From Selaginella moellendorffii (lineage: Eukaryota; Plantae; Lycopodiophyta): a stretch of DNA of 22,936 nt. The notes beneath the pieces are model-generated. The model was not told where the DNA came from, did not search any database, and saw only the letters and a list, made by a program, of their open reading frames with translations. Of the stretch, positions 1-10,684 are shown in pieces (position 1 is the stretch's first letter; the number at the start of each line of letters is the position of its first letter). The stretch spans positions 1 through 22,936 of the forward strand of contig NW_003314503.1 of NCBI RefSeq assembly GCF_000143415.4, written 5' to 3'. A program made the translations under genes and the position numbers.

Positions 1-319
1 TAAAGATCATTAGTCTCTAAGTCTTGTTTTTTGTTAAAGTTCTTCAAGTTGTTATTTTTCTTCATGTTGTTTTCTTAAGCTTGATTTTCTTGGATTTTTG
101 AATTTGAGCTTTATATTTTTTGATTGTGTTAAGTTTTTGAGCTTGAACTTTGTAAATCTTAAATATGTTGATATCTTGAGTTTGAGTTTTCATAGTCTTG
201 ATCTCTTGATCTTCATGCCTGTAGTTCTTCTTGATGTTTCGTTCTCGATCTTTAAAATTGAAAACCTTCATTTCTTTCAATGTTGTTTTTGATGATGTTT
301 GAGTCGTATGATTAATATT

Positions 320-2180
320 TCTTGAGCTTGTTAAGGTTGACAGTTTGGAGATGCTCACCATTGAATGTTACAATTGTTGCCATTCCTGAAGCTTTAAAGT
401 TTTGGATGAGGAATGGTACTTCCCATCTTGAATTCACTCTCAAGCTAATTTTTTCAATATTTCTTAGAAACCAGAGTACTTGATCATTGATCTTGAATTC
501 TTTATTTTTCTTTAATCTTCTCTTTTTGTTATGGTTGGGTTTTCTTCAAGCTTGAATGGCTTCGAGTGTCCAAATTGCTTATAGTCTTTCTTCGTTAAGT
601 TTTTTTAGTGTTACTAATCTTTTCTTAATTAATTTTTCTTGGTTGATCTTGCAGTGTATTGCCATTCGCAATGAAGGAACGATGTACTTTAGTGGTGTTA
701 GGGCTTCTAAGCCATAGGCAAGCTTGAATAGTGTCAGATTTGTTGAAACCTTGTATGTTGTTCAATATACCCATAAGGCATTATAAATGTGATTGTCCCA
801 ATCTTTCTAATTTATTTTCATTATTTTGTTGAGGATGTTCTTAAGCGTCTTGTTAGTCAACTCTGCTTAACTGTTGCCTTGAGGGTAATATGGTGTTAAA
901 GCCTTATGTTTGTTTCCCTTGAAGCTTGTTATGAGTAGTCCAACAAAGTCGAGTTCCTATCATTGAAATAGTTCCAGTGGTGTTGTTGGATGAAGCTCTT
1001 GAGTTTGTTTCTTTGGGGTGGACTTGGTTTGTTGACAAATGTCACATTCTCAACCAAATTTTGCTAAGTTATGCCAAAGTGTTAGCCACTAGAGTCCTTC
1101 TTGCAAAATCTTGTGAGCTGTGATTTCTTCTGTGAAGTGGCCTCTTGCTTGTCCACAGTGGGCTTCTTCGAATAGATCTTGAGTTCTTCAAATTGTACAC
1201 ATCTTCATAGTACATTGTCTCGTCCTTTTTTGTACAATCTTCCTCCCACAACTGAATATGGTCTTGTCCTTAAGACAAATTATTTATGGTGATTAGAGAT
1301 GGAGTATCGACTTAGTATTATTGTTGTTATGANNNNNNNNNNNNNNNNNNNNNNNNNNNNNNNNNNNNNNNNNNNNNNNNNNNNNNNNNNNNNNNNNNNN
1401 NNNNNNNNNNNNNNNNNNNNNNNNNNNNNNNNNNNNNNNNNNNNNNNNNNNNNNNNNNNNNNNNNNNNNNNNNNNNNNNNNNNNNNNNNNNNNNNNNNNN
1501 NNNNNNNNNNNNNNNNNNNNNNNNNNNNNNNNNNNNNNNNNNNNNNNNNNNNNNNNNNNNNNNNNNNNNNNNNNNNNNNNNNNNNNNNNNNNNNNNNNNN
1601 NNNNNNNNNNNNNNNNNATAGTGCATAGACCATTCCTAAAACTTCTTTTTCAATGGTGGTGTAGTTCATCTCAGCTGAGTTGAGTCTTCGGCTCGTATAG
1701 TAGATTGGTCGGTCTTTGAGGTCTTGTTGTGAGAAAGTATTGCTCTGATGGCATAATTAGAGGCATCAATGTGTATTGAAGTTTTTGTCCTAGTTTGGTT
1801 GGGCGAGTATTAGAGCCCTTATTAAGGAATTCTTGAGCATGTCGAATGCTTGTTGGCAATCTTGAGTCCAGTTGTAGACGTGATTTTTCTTCAAAAGATC
1901 TATAAAGGGTTTTGCAATCTTCACATAATCTTTGATGAAGCGTTGATGGTATCTCATTTTGCCGAGGAAGGATCGTAGTCTAGTGGTGTTTGTTGGGTGT
2001 TGCATATTGATGATGGCAAGAGTCTTAGCTTTGTCAATGAGGATGCCTTTTTTGCAGATGATGTGTCCAAGTAGGATGCCAGATTTGACGAAGAAGGTAG
2101 ATTTGTCAGGGTTTAAGGTGATGTTATTCTCTTGACATTTGATGAAGCATTTCTCAAGATGTTGGGGATGTTATTTTTTG
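320..2180 (-). mobile_element. Degenerate Ty3/gypsy LTR-retrotransposon pol (RT C-terminus, RNase H, integrase)
   Basis: Minus-strand peptides: RT thumb/connection (LLGHII..KGI..D, LRSFLG...YHQRFIKDYVKIAKPFIDLLKK), RNase H (DASNYAI, NYTTIEKEVLGMVYAL), integrase core (TPYYPQGN..AELTNKTLK, DWD...ALW.Y.TTYK). The RT-RH-IN order is gypsy-type; many stops and frameshifts. Confidence 0.9.
1333..1617. other. N gap (285 nt)
   Basis: Run of N inside the gypsy pol remnant. Confidence 1.
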
Positions 2181-2195
2181 TTATGTTAAACTACT

Positions 2196-2670
2196 TGATT
2201 CATTGGGTGGAAGCCAGTGCTTTTGCTAGTGCATTTGTGACTATTGTTAAATACTTCTTCCAAAATTGAGTGGTATTCTAGCATTCATGTCTATAGTAGA
2301 TTCTCTTAAATAAAGTCTCATATTTATAGTTAAGATATTTCACATTTTAATGTCTTAGCTAAGGATACACAACACTTTCACAAGTGCTTATCATTTATGA
2401 ACCAATGGTTTGGTATAATAGCTTATTCAGACTTTCAAAAGGATGATTAGGATTTAAATTGGGATGATTATTTGCCACTTCTTTAGTATACGTATGGCAT
2501 AGGGGTAAAAACTTTCATTAATGCTTCACCATATGAACTTATATATGGTCATGATTTGATATTATCAATGGAGTTGAATTCACCTTTACAATTGCTATGA
2601 ACTACCAATGCTAAGTCTTAGGATTAGTGTTTGACGAGCATTTTTCCACTAGTTCAAGTAGCATTTATTA
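2196..2670 (+). mobile_element. Decayed gypsy integrase fragment, same family as 15500-15990
   Basis: Colinear DNA similarity to 15503-15990 (ttgggtggaag..., acaagtgcttatcat, ttgggatgattattt, gaacttatatatggtcatgat); opposite orientation to the adjacent pol remnant. Confidence 0.8.
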
Positions 2671-2759
2671 AACATTTAGTATAGCATATATGGTTTTTGC
2701 CCTTTATTCTATAGTGATTTATTATAGGATAACTATAAAGCAGAACCTAAATTTTTTAT

Positions 2760-3190
2760 ATGCCACATGTCCAAGGACAGCGGAGTGGAACCCGAGTTTT
2801 AGGGCCTTAAGCCATTAAACAAAGGAATGGAATCAAACTCCCAAGCTTGCAGCTAAGGAGCGAAGGAACTAGAGTATAGAGCGACTCTTGAGCATTTATC
2901 CCAAAAAGCAAAAGAATAGAAGCATGAAGTGACATAAGAATAGTCCTAGAGCATCAAATATCCTAATGCTAAGATTAACACACAAAATGGAGCTAAACAG
3001 AGCCAAATAAAGTTTAGCGCTATTTTAGCATATCAGTGGCTTAACACAAGGATATGGGTACTCCATTAGCTAGTATGGTATAGAACTTGGGTTAAACCGA
3101 ATGCAAAACAAAAATAGGTATGCAAATAGGAGCTAGAGTATGCCTTAGGTTAATTGGCCATACCTGACATACCCACTATCCCTATTACAC
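2760..3190 (+). repeat. Dispersed non-coding repeat (unclassified TE fragment)
   Basis: Motifs ttttagggcctt.agcca.taaacaaa, aaaatggagctaaa and ccattagctagtat recur reverse-complemented at ~17320-17560 and ~18120-18410. Confidence 0.6.
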
Positions 3191-3664
3191 ATTTGTACTT
3201 CGGAAAACATGCTTTAAGTTATCAATCTTAATACCAAGAGTTAGTATTTGGAATAAGCTTGAAATTTATTTAGTGAATATTAAAGAACCAAGCTCAATAT
3301 AATGGGGGTTACATATGAGTTTCTCATACTGAGTCGAGTATGCTCAGTAAGAAACATATAAGAGTTCCTATATTATATTTATCTAGTATAAGTACATACA
3401 TGATGACCAGTTTCTCAATTAGCTTGGGTGGAGATTGATAAAGAGTCTAGCAATACCAACCTCTTGTTGTCGTGGCAGTGAAGAAAAAAATATCTAAAAT
3501 GACTCATTCATAGGTAATTTTTGATACCTACAATCATATTCCCAACACTTGAGTTAGATACAAATGGGATAACAATGGTGTTACAACTCCCATCATTGTT
3601 AACCTATAGAGTTAAAGCAGATGACCTTATGTTAATTAATCTTCCCAATCTTATAGGTATAGTT

Positions 3665-3952
3665 NNNNNNNNNNNNNNNNNNNNNNNNNNNNNNNNNNNN
3701 NNNNNNNNNNNNNNNNNNNNNNNNNNNNNNNNNNNNNNNNNNNNNNNNNNNNNNNNNNNNNNNNNNNNNNNNNNNNNNNNNNNNNNNNNNNNNNNNNNNN
3801 NNNNNNNNNNNNNNNNNNNNNNNNNNNNNNNNNNNNNNNNNNNNNNNNNNNNNNNNNNNNNNNNNNNNNNNNNNNNNNNNNNNNNNNNNNNNNNNNNNNN
3901 NNNNNNNNNNNNNNNNNNNNNNNNNNNNNNNNNNNNNNNNNNNNNNNNNNNN
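3665..3952. other. N gap (288 nt)
   Basis: Run of N; the equivalent interval in repeat copy 2 is 18790-19448. Confidence 1.
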
Positions 3953-4895
3953 TATTCTTGGATATTCTCTATTCTAAGGGCTCTTAAACTTTCTCTAATT
4001 AACTTGTAATCAGTGTTCAAAGTTAATTGTCTAACTTATCACTAATGTAAATAATCTATATTGAAAAACTATTAACACTTATTAACACTAACGTCTAACA
4101 AAATGCCAATTTAAACCTTAAAAATAAATTTAAAATTAACATCATTAAGCATGGTTTCATTCTGTAATATAGAGGGCCCAAAATCCAGCCGTCTAAGATT
4201 GATGGCCTGATGGTTAAACACAAAAGAACTTAAGAGAGTTAAACATTGTTCTAGCTATTTAAAAACTAAAGACTAGTGGGGACACCATTTCTCACCATTT
4301 GTCCTGAAGTGCAATAGCTAGCAATTAACATTATGCAAATGCCTCAATCTAGACAAGTGCCTAGCCTCATTAGTTGTTATGTTTAGCATTCAAGTATGTT
4401 AAGAAATATATTAGAATATACATTGTGATATATTTTAGATAGCACAAAAAATAATTTAAAAAGAGGAGTAGTGTATTTTAAATAGTACAACAAATTATTT
4501 AAAAAGAGGAGTAGTACTCAATGGAATTTAAGGATTGGTTCCTCAAGGTATGGAAGAAACTAGAAACCTAGACAGATAAAATTGATGGATCAATTCCTCT
4601 CTCTCTCTCTCTCTCCATTTTTTTGTTTGTTTCTATGATTTTGCAGAGTCCTCAGAAAAAGCTACTTGGCATTGAGGTTCCACCATAGGCAAAAAGAAAC
4701 TCTGTTGATCTTTTATAGGGAAACGTTTTCCTATAGGCCTTTCTGAATTGAATCCACGGAACCTGGAAGTCAAAACAAGAGAGTAGCTTCAGAACACTTA
4801 AAAGCTCACCCCTGCAAGTTCTGTTGTGGTGAGTGAATGGTCAAAGGTGTGAATATTCTCTCTACAAAAATTTGAATAAGTTTTTCTACATTTCC

Positions 4896-5515
4896 NNNNN
4901 NNNNNNNNNNNNNNNNNNNNNNNNNNNNNNNNNNNNNNNNNNNNNNNNNNNNNNNNNNNNNNNNNNNNNNNNNNNNNNNNNNNNNNNNNNNNNNNNNNNN
5001 NNNNNNNNNNNNNNNNNNNNNNNNNNNNNNNNNNNNNNNNNNNNNNNNNNNNNNNNNNNNNNNNNNNNNNNNNNNNNNNNNNNNNNNNNNNNNNNNNNNN
5101 NNNNNNNNNNNNNNNNNNNNNNNNNNNNNNNNNNNNNNNNNNNNNNNNNNNNNNNNNNNNNNNNNNNNNNNNNNNNNNNNNNNNNNNNNNNNNNNNNNNN
5201 NNNNNNNNNNNNNNNNNNNNNNNNNNNNNNNNNNNNNNNNNNNNNNNNNNNNNNNNNNNNNNNNNNNNNNNNNNNNNNNNNNNNNNNNNNNNNNNNNNNN
5301 NNNNNNNNNNNNNNNNNNNNNNNNNNNNNNNNNNNNNNNNNNNNNNNNNNNNNNNNNNNNNNNNNNNNNNNNNNNNNNNNNNNNNNNNNNNNNNNNNNNN
5401 NNNNNNNNNNNNNNNNNNNNNNNNNNNNNNNNNNNNNNNNNNNNNNNNNNNNNNNNNNNNNNNNNNNNNNNNNNNNNNNNNNNNNNNNNNNNNNNNNNNN
5501 NNNNNNNNNNNNNNN
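4896..5515. other. N gap (620 nt), probably hiding a further SCP-phosphatase (pseudo)gene copy
   Basis: The flanks match 20394 and 21015 of copy 2; the intervening 20395-21014 is also 620 nt and holds the phosphatase pseudogene. Confidence 0.8.
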
Positions 5516-5635
5516 GGTAGAACAAGCCAAAAGAACACCAAGTTTTCAAGCTCTTCTGCTTCAAAAGTGTATCATCCTAGTAATGAGCTCACAACTTTTG
5601 CTTGACCGAGCCTGAAAGAGATTGGAAAAAAAGAG

Positions 5636-5865
5636 CTATCTCCTGGTACTTGATACATTAGGTAAACATGAAGGCAAAGAAGACCGGGAAGCCGACCAAG
5701 ACACCCGCGACAACACCCAAATGTCATGTCGTAGCCAAAGTAACTCTCCACAAACGCCTTGACAGTCGTGTATCACGCATTGGGTGTCATGAGGCGCACA
5801 AGATCATTTGCATACTGGGATGCGATCCAGCCATACAAATCCAATAGTGATCCACATTCTCGGAA
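5636..5865 (-). pseudogene. C-terminal fragment of a full-size ABCG (PDR-type) transporter
   Basis: Minus-strand translation across frameshifts: LYGWIASQYANDLVRLMTPNA*YTTVKAFVESYFGY/GVVAGVLVGFPVFFAFMFT*CIKY/RR*. This resembles the plant PDR C-terminus (LYGL.ASQ.GD...TVK.F.E.YFG..HDFLGVVA....GF...FAF.FA..IK.LNFQ.R). Confidence 0.85.
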
Positions 5866-7268
5866 AGTCCAAGAAAAAGCAAAAAGCTGTTTATATCCAA
5901 CTTAGGTTTGGTGGTCAACACTAAACCAAAAACAATGAAGATGAATAGGACGATGTTATTGTCCCTGCCCTACAAGTATTTTTACGTGTTTTCGTTTGCA
6001 GCAGAGGAACCGCGGTACTGAATATCCACATTCTGGTATTGAAATTAAGCTGGTCACTTGAGCGATTAGTTTTTAGCTGATCAAAACGGTTTTAATGTAC
6101 AATGTTTAAATCGTGATTTTCATTTGTGAATACTTTAGTATTCTTAATTTGGATTTTCTTTACATTTCGCTTTATAGGTATAAAGAATATACCTAAATAT
6201 CTAAGTATATTCTAGAATATTCTCTAATCTAGCAACTTTAAAGTTTTCATATAAAAAACTATGAAGTTCTTTATTTTGCCTCATATCTAGAACTGGAAGA
6301 GTATCAAGTAAAATTTGAAAAACTATATAAAACTGAGAAATTCTATATTATCCTATAAATTACAAGGATTAACACTGACAAAGAGTCTAAAATTAACATC
6401 ATTAATCTAGAGGGCACAAAATCCAACTTCTGGACGTGTTTTAAGATTGATGTCATGATGGTTAAACACTAAACAACTTAAAAGAGTTAAAAATTGTTCT
6501 AGCTATTTGAAAACTTGCCTCAATCTAACCAAGCACCTAGCTTCATTATTTGTTATTCTTTGCATTCAAGTATGCAAAGAAATCAGTGGAATTTAACGAT
6601 TGGTTCCTCAAGGTATGAAAAAAACAAGAAACCTGGATCAATTCATATATATATATTTCTCTCTCTCTCCATTTGACTCTTCCTTTCTATAATTTTGCAG
6701 ACTCGTCAAAAAAGGGGGCATAAAGAAACTCATTCACCCTGTACCAACAGAACTTGCAGGGGTGAGATTTTGAGTGTTCTGAAGCTACTCTCTTGTTTTG
6801 ACTTCCAGGTTCCTTGGATTCAATTCAGAAAGGCCTGTAGGAAAACGTTTCCCTGTAAAAAGGTCAACAGGTCAAAGGTGCGAATATTCTCTCTACAAAA
6901 ATCAACAATCCCACCATTTTCTTCATCCAATCTCCCGAGAATTGGGATAGCTCTCCAGCTTCCACTCGATCTCTGCCCACTATAGGTGAGATGCATGGAC
7001 CCTACAAGAAGCCAGCCGTGGACACCACGCTGTTGCATCTCCCGTCAATGTGCTGCTTACCAATCCTGTTCCTTGAACCGAACCTGACTACAAGAATGTC
7101 GGAAGCCCTTGAGTTGTTCAGCAACCTTGATCGAGAACAACTCGGCCTGGCAGAAATGCAATGAACTGGCAACGAATTCATATTTCTGAATCGAAATCAG
7201 CATGCTGAAAAAGACCAAGACTACAAAGATGACAAAAAGGAGCAAGTAAATCTAAACAACTACAACGA

Positions 7269-8323
7269 TCAGCTGCAAACAGACATGTTAGAAGCCAAGC
7301 AGAGAATCAGAGTAATGAAAGAAACTCACCAAACAGATTGCCAGGCAGGATCGCAGAGGATGTCGCGCGCGGATGGACGCTGGTCGCGTCTTGCTGCGAC
7401 CAGCTCCAACACCTTGGGCGCAATTGATGGGTGTTGGTACGCCCAGTCTGCTGGTAAAACGCCATCCCGGACGTCAATCAATACCGACTCCCTTTCCTAC
7501 ACAGATTCACCAAACTAAGCAAGCACGTTGCACAAACTGCAGCCAAACCTGGTCCGGGGGACACCTCCAATGAAGTTCGAAGAGTATAACTCCAAGCGCA
7601 AGCATGTCAGTGTAGGTTGAGTTGCTCCGGCGCTGGGGAGAGTAGTAAACTGCTCTCCCCTTCTTGATATTTTCGGTCTCGAGCATGGACTCCTTATTTT
7701 TAGCTGTAAGCCAACAAATGAGAGATGGAAGAGATGTTTCATTTGCCTACCAAGACCGAAATCTCCCAGCTTGATGCGTCCATCGTCTGTGACGAAGATG
7801 TTGTGTGGTGCTATATCCCGATGAACACCCACGTTGTCGTGCACATGCGCCACAGCTTGAAGAAGCTGCCTAAACGCATCTGCAGGTGGTGACTCACCGC
7901 CGAGGAGCACCGACTGGAGCGAGCGGCCACAAAACTCCATGACAATGTACACTTTCGACTTGCCCGGCTCGCCTTCCTCCTTCCACATGTCGAAGTATTT
8001 GACTATGTTGGGGTGTTCGCAGCGCTGGAGCATCTCTCCCTCCTTGAAGACGAGCGCGACATCCTGGTCTCTGGACTTCGTTGCTGTGCGAACCTTGATG
8101 ACTTTGATGGCGTAGATTTGTTCGTCCTCCTTGCTACGGCACTTGTATACTTTCCCGGACGCCCCCTGGCCAACACATTTGGAATCTAAGCTGCATTGAG
8201 GATCGACGCGCTCGTCCGGCTCCCTTGGGCTTTGCCAATAGTACAAAAGGCCACGTCGGATAGAGTTTAGGGCAGACGTGGTACCTTTGGTCACCTTTTG
8301 TGGCCCTTCTTCATTCGAGTCAT
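7269..8323 (-). CDS. Stand-alone GCN2/eIF2-alpha-kinase-like Ser/Thr protein kinase, spliced, about 277 aa. Exons 8323-8295 (tentative), 8229-7751, 7703-7549, 7496-7330, 7272-7269
   Basis: Motifs GQGASGKV, YAIK, HPNIVKY, YIVMEFCGRSL, FRQLL, HRDIAPHNIF, DFGL. GT-AG introns of 47, 52 and 57 nt join in phase to give AKNKESMLETENIKKGRAVYYSPQRRSNSTYTDMLALGVILFELHWRCPPDQ|ERESVLIDVRDGVLPADWAYQHPSIAPKVLELVAARRDQRPSARDILCDPAWQSVC*. These motifs parallel plant GCN2 as I recall it (MEYCPRTL, HRDxTPNNIF, DMYSLGV.FFELW, ER..L.D, RPSA.ELL). The first exon and its 65-nt intron are less certain (weak GTGACC donor, AAG acceptor) but in phase. Confidence 0.85.
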
Positions 8324-8336
8324 TTTTTAGGGTATC

Positions 8337-8924
8337 ATGAAGAAGACACTCATTCTCGATCTAGACAATACACTGGTATACGCTCATAAGGATCTCGTCT
8401 CTTCTGTAGATTTCAGCATGGAATTCGACGATGATGCACCACTCCACATCATGAAGAGACCAGGCGTAGATGAATTTCTGGGGAAGGTTTCAAAAGTGTA
8501 CGATATCGTGGTGTTTAGTGCCGCCCAGGAGAAGTATGTCAACCTTGTGGTTGACCATCTGGATCCTACTGGGGGGCTTGTGTCGAGGAGGCTACATGGT
8601 GGCAATTGCGTTGTTCTAAAGGACGGGACGAAAGTCAAGAATCTTGACCATGTAGGGTTTCGGGATTTCAAGCGGGTGGTGGCACTGGATGACATTATTG
8701 ACTTCTACCAAGGTCATCAAGAGAGCGTGGTGGTGGCTCCAAAGTTTGAGGGGTCAAAGGATGACCACTTCTTGGCAGATGTAACCCCGTTCCTTCTTGC
8801 GCTGTCAAAGTGTGTGGATTTTACCAAAGTTACCCATCGCTGGAATATTGGACAATGTGTGGAGAAGCAAGGCAAATTGTACGTCCTAGATCCATTCGAT
8901 GATGAATGGGTTGTTTTTAACTGA
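8337..8924 (+). CDS. FCP1/SCP-like small CTD phosphatase (NIF domain, HAD superfamily), 195 aa
   Basis: KKTLILDLDNTLV (DxDxT motif I), KRPGVDEFL, VVFSAA (II), KNL (III), VALDD (IV). Uninterrupted ORF preceded by an acceptor-like cattttttag|GGTATCATG. Confidence 0.92.
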   Translation: MKKTLILDLDNTLVYAHKDLVSSVDFSMEFDDDAPLHIMKRPGVDEFLGKVSKVYDIVVFSAAQEKYVNLVVDHLDPTGGLVSRRLHGGNCVVLKDGTKVKNLDHVGFRDFKRVVALDDIIDFYQGHQESVVVAPKFEGSKDDHFLADVTPFLLALSKCVDFTKVTHRWNIGQCVEKQGKLYVLDPFDDEWVVFN

Positions 8925-9335
8925 TTATTGTATTTTGTAATAAATGTTATAATTTTTCTGCCAAAGTGTAGTTTATGCAAATGAATCTTAGTGAACTTTT
9001 GAGCTCAGGATTTCCTACATGTCTCATGTAAAACAAAATGGCAAAACAAGAAAAACAGCACACCAAATTTTCAAGCTCTTTTGCCAAGGAAATCCCCTTT
9101 ACATTGAGAGCCCACAGCTTTGCAACACCCCATGAACACCAATAGGAGCACGTGCCCACCTCAAACAACAAGCGAGACTTCAAAAAGGACATCACTGATC
9201 CAACATTTGATGCCGGAGGATAAGATGCTTAGAAGACTGATTGCTTCTGAGTTCTTTTATGTCTGTTGTTTAGTGCCTATGTGAAGCTATTGACAAAAAT
9301 GTGATGATCCATATGAAGCTCTTCACAGGATCATG

Positions 9336-9359
9336 GAGAGAGAGAGAGAGAGAGAAGAA

Positions 9360-9392
<33 letters not shown>
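9336..9392 (+). repeat. Interrupted (GA)n microsatellite
   Basis: Directly visible. Confidence 0.95.
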
Positions 9393-9394
<2 letters not shown>

Positions 9395-9459
9395 TCTTTG
9401 CCATGACATCCAGCGAAGTAGCAAGAGGAGTGATCGCGGTGCCTCCTGCAGGCATCTCC

Positions 9460-10347
9460 ACGCCAAATCGCGACTCTTCTGCACCAATGTGGTGATTCCA
9501 AGTCCCTCCTGCGAGGGAAGCTCTTGCACCGCCGCCTGGCCGCCACCCTCGACCTACGCCACCACCCCTTGTTCAGCAATCTCCTCATCCTCATGTATGG
9601 CAAGTGCTCCAGCCTCCCGGACGCATGGTCCGTCTTCCACGATCTCGTCCACAAGAACGCCTTCTCCTGTAACATCATGATCTCGACGCTCTGCACAAAC
9701 GGCCAGAGCGTGCAAGCGATTCATCTCTTCCTCGCCCTCGCCAGCGATTCAGTCGTCCGCCCCACCCACGTCTCGTTCGTCGCCACGCTCGCCGCCTGCG
9801 GCAATTGCCCCGATCTCCAGTCGGGCATCCGGATCCACGCCCAGATCATCGCCGCGCCACCCGCGATCGCGAGCAATCCAGTCGTGTGCTGCGCCCTCTT
9901 AACCATGTATGGGAAATGCGGCAGCCTGGCAGACGCGCGGAAGGTCTTTGATGACATGCCGCGCAAGACGATAGTCGCCTGGAGCGCGATGCTGGCTGCT
10001 TGCACCAGAAATCCCGATCAGGGCGGGCTCCCCGCTGCGATCGAGCTCTATCGCCAGCTCGGGGATGCCGGCATCGGCGCGGACTGGAACACTGCGATTG
10101 CCGCAAATGCCCATAATGGGCAGTTTAGAGCGGCGATTGCGCTGCTGTGGAAGTTGGATCTGGAAGGGATCGGGCCTGATATGGTGACGCTGACTGAGAT
10201 CCTGGCAGCGTGTTCTTGGAAGCAGGATAAAGCACAGGGTATAAAGATCCACGGAGCGTACTTGCTCGTGTGGCTGGGAGCGTAATGTTGTCGCTGGAAC
10301 CTCTATCGTCAACATGTATGGAAAGTGTGGCAGAATCAAGGAAGCAT
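9460..10347 (+). pseudogene. PLS-class pentatricopeptide repeat (PPR) gene, disrupted and truncated
   Basis: Repeated NLLILMYGKC, ALLTMYGKCGSLADARKVFDDMP, VAWSAMLAA, WNTAIAA.AHNG. The frame is open back to a TGA at 9431 with no ATG before the first repeat. After a frameshift near 10255-10285, NVVAGTSIVNMYGKCGRIKEA resumes and then ends abruptly; no E/DYW domain. Confidence 0.85.
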
Positions 10348-10684
10348 CAAGGAAGGAAGCAAGAATCTAAAATTATTTTTTGTTTATCATGGCCTTTATA
10401 AAAAAAATTAAAATATTTTCTTTTCATAATCTATATACCTTTATTTATATGTTGTTACATTTTATGCCAAGTTTCATATCATCAAAGAGATAATGGCTGA
10501 AGAACTAGTTTATAACTTGCACATAAAGATAGAAAATTATTTACTGGACAATAATATTTATATTCAAAAGTTAATTCAAATTTGTAAAACAACTAACCAG
10601 AATTATCTTGATTCTCTATTTATTTAAAAACTTCCAAATTCATTTTTTTTATATCTTGGCTTACTATTAATTGAAATATAGAAA

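Larger units (their letters stand above)
3369..7386 (+). repeat. Segmental direct repeat, copy 1 (partner 18493-22936, which runs off the window)
   Basis: Near-identical colinear sequence from tatattatatttatctagtataag (3369/18493) to ggatggacgctggtcg (7386/22936). Confidence 0.97.

Noticed and set aside
3369-3400. Helitron 5' end (A|TCTAG) at the repeat boundary
   Set aside because: Identity extends 13 bp beyond the TC, and no 3' hairpin/CTRR end could be tied to it.
1280-5615. ORFs full of X
   Set aside because: They simply run through N gaps.
6695-7245. Small ORFs downstream of the kinase (and their copies at 22354-22796)
   Set aside because: No recognisable domain; conservation is explained by recent duplication; probably 3' UTR exons or introns.
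7515-7750. C-terminus of the 259-aa kinase ORF as given (GRQMKHLF...)
   Set aside because: Intron read-through; the real subdomains VIII-XI are in spliced exons in other frames.
9333-9524. (GA)n slippage as a phase switch placing ATG 9333 in frame with the PPR
   Set aside because: An in-frame TGA at 9431 lies downstream of the microsatellite, and the PPR is also broken at its 3' end.
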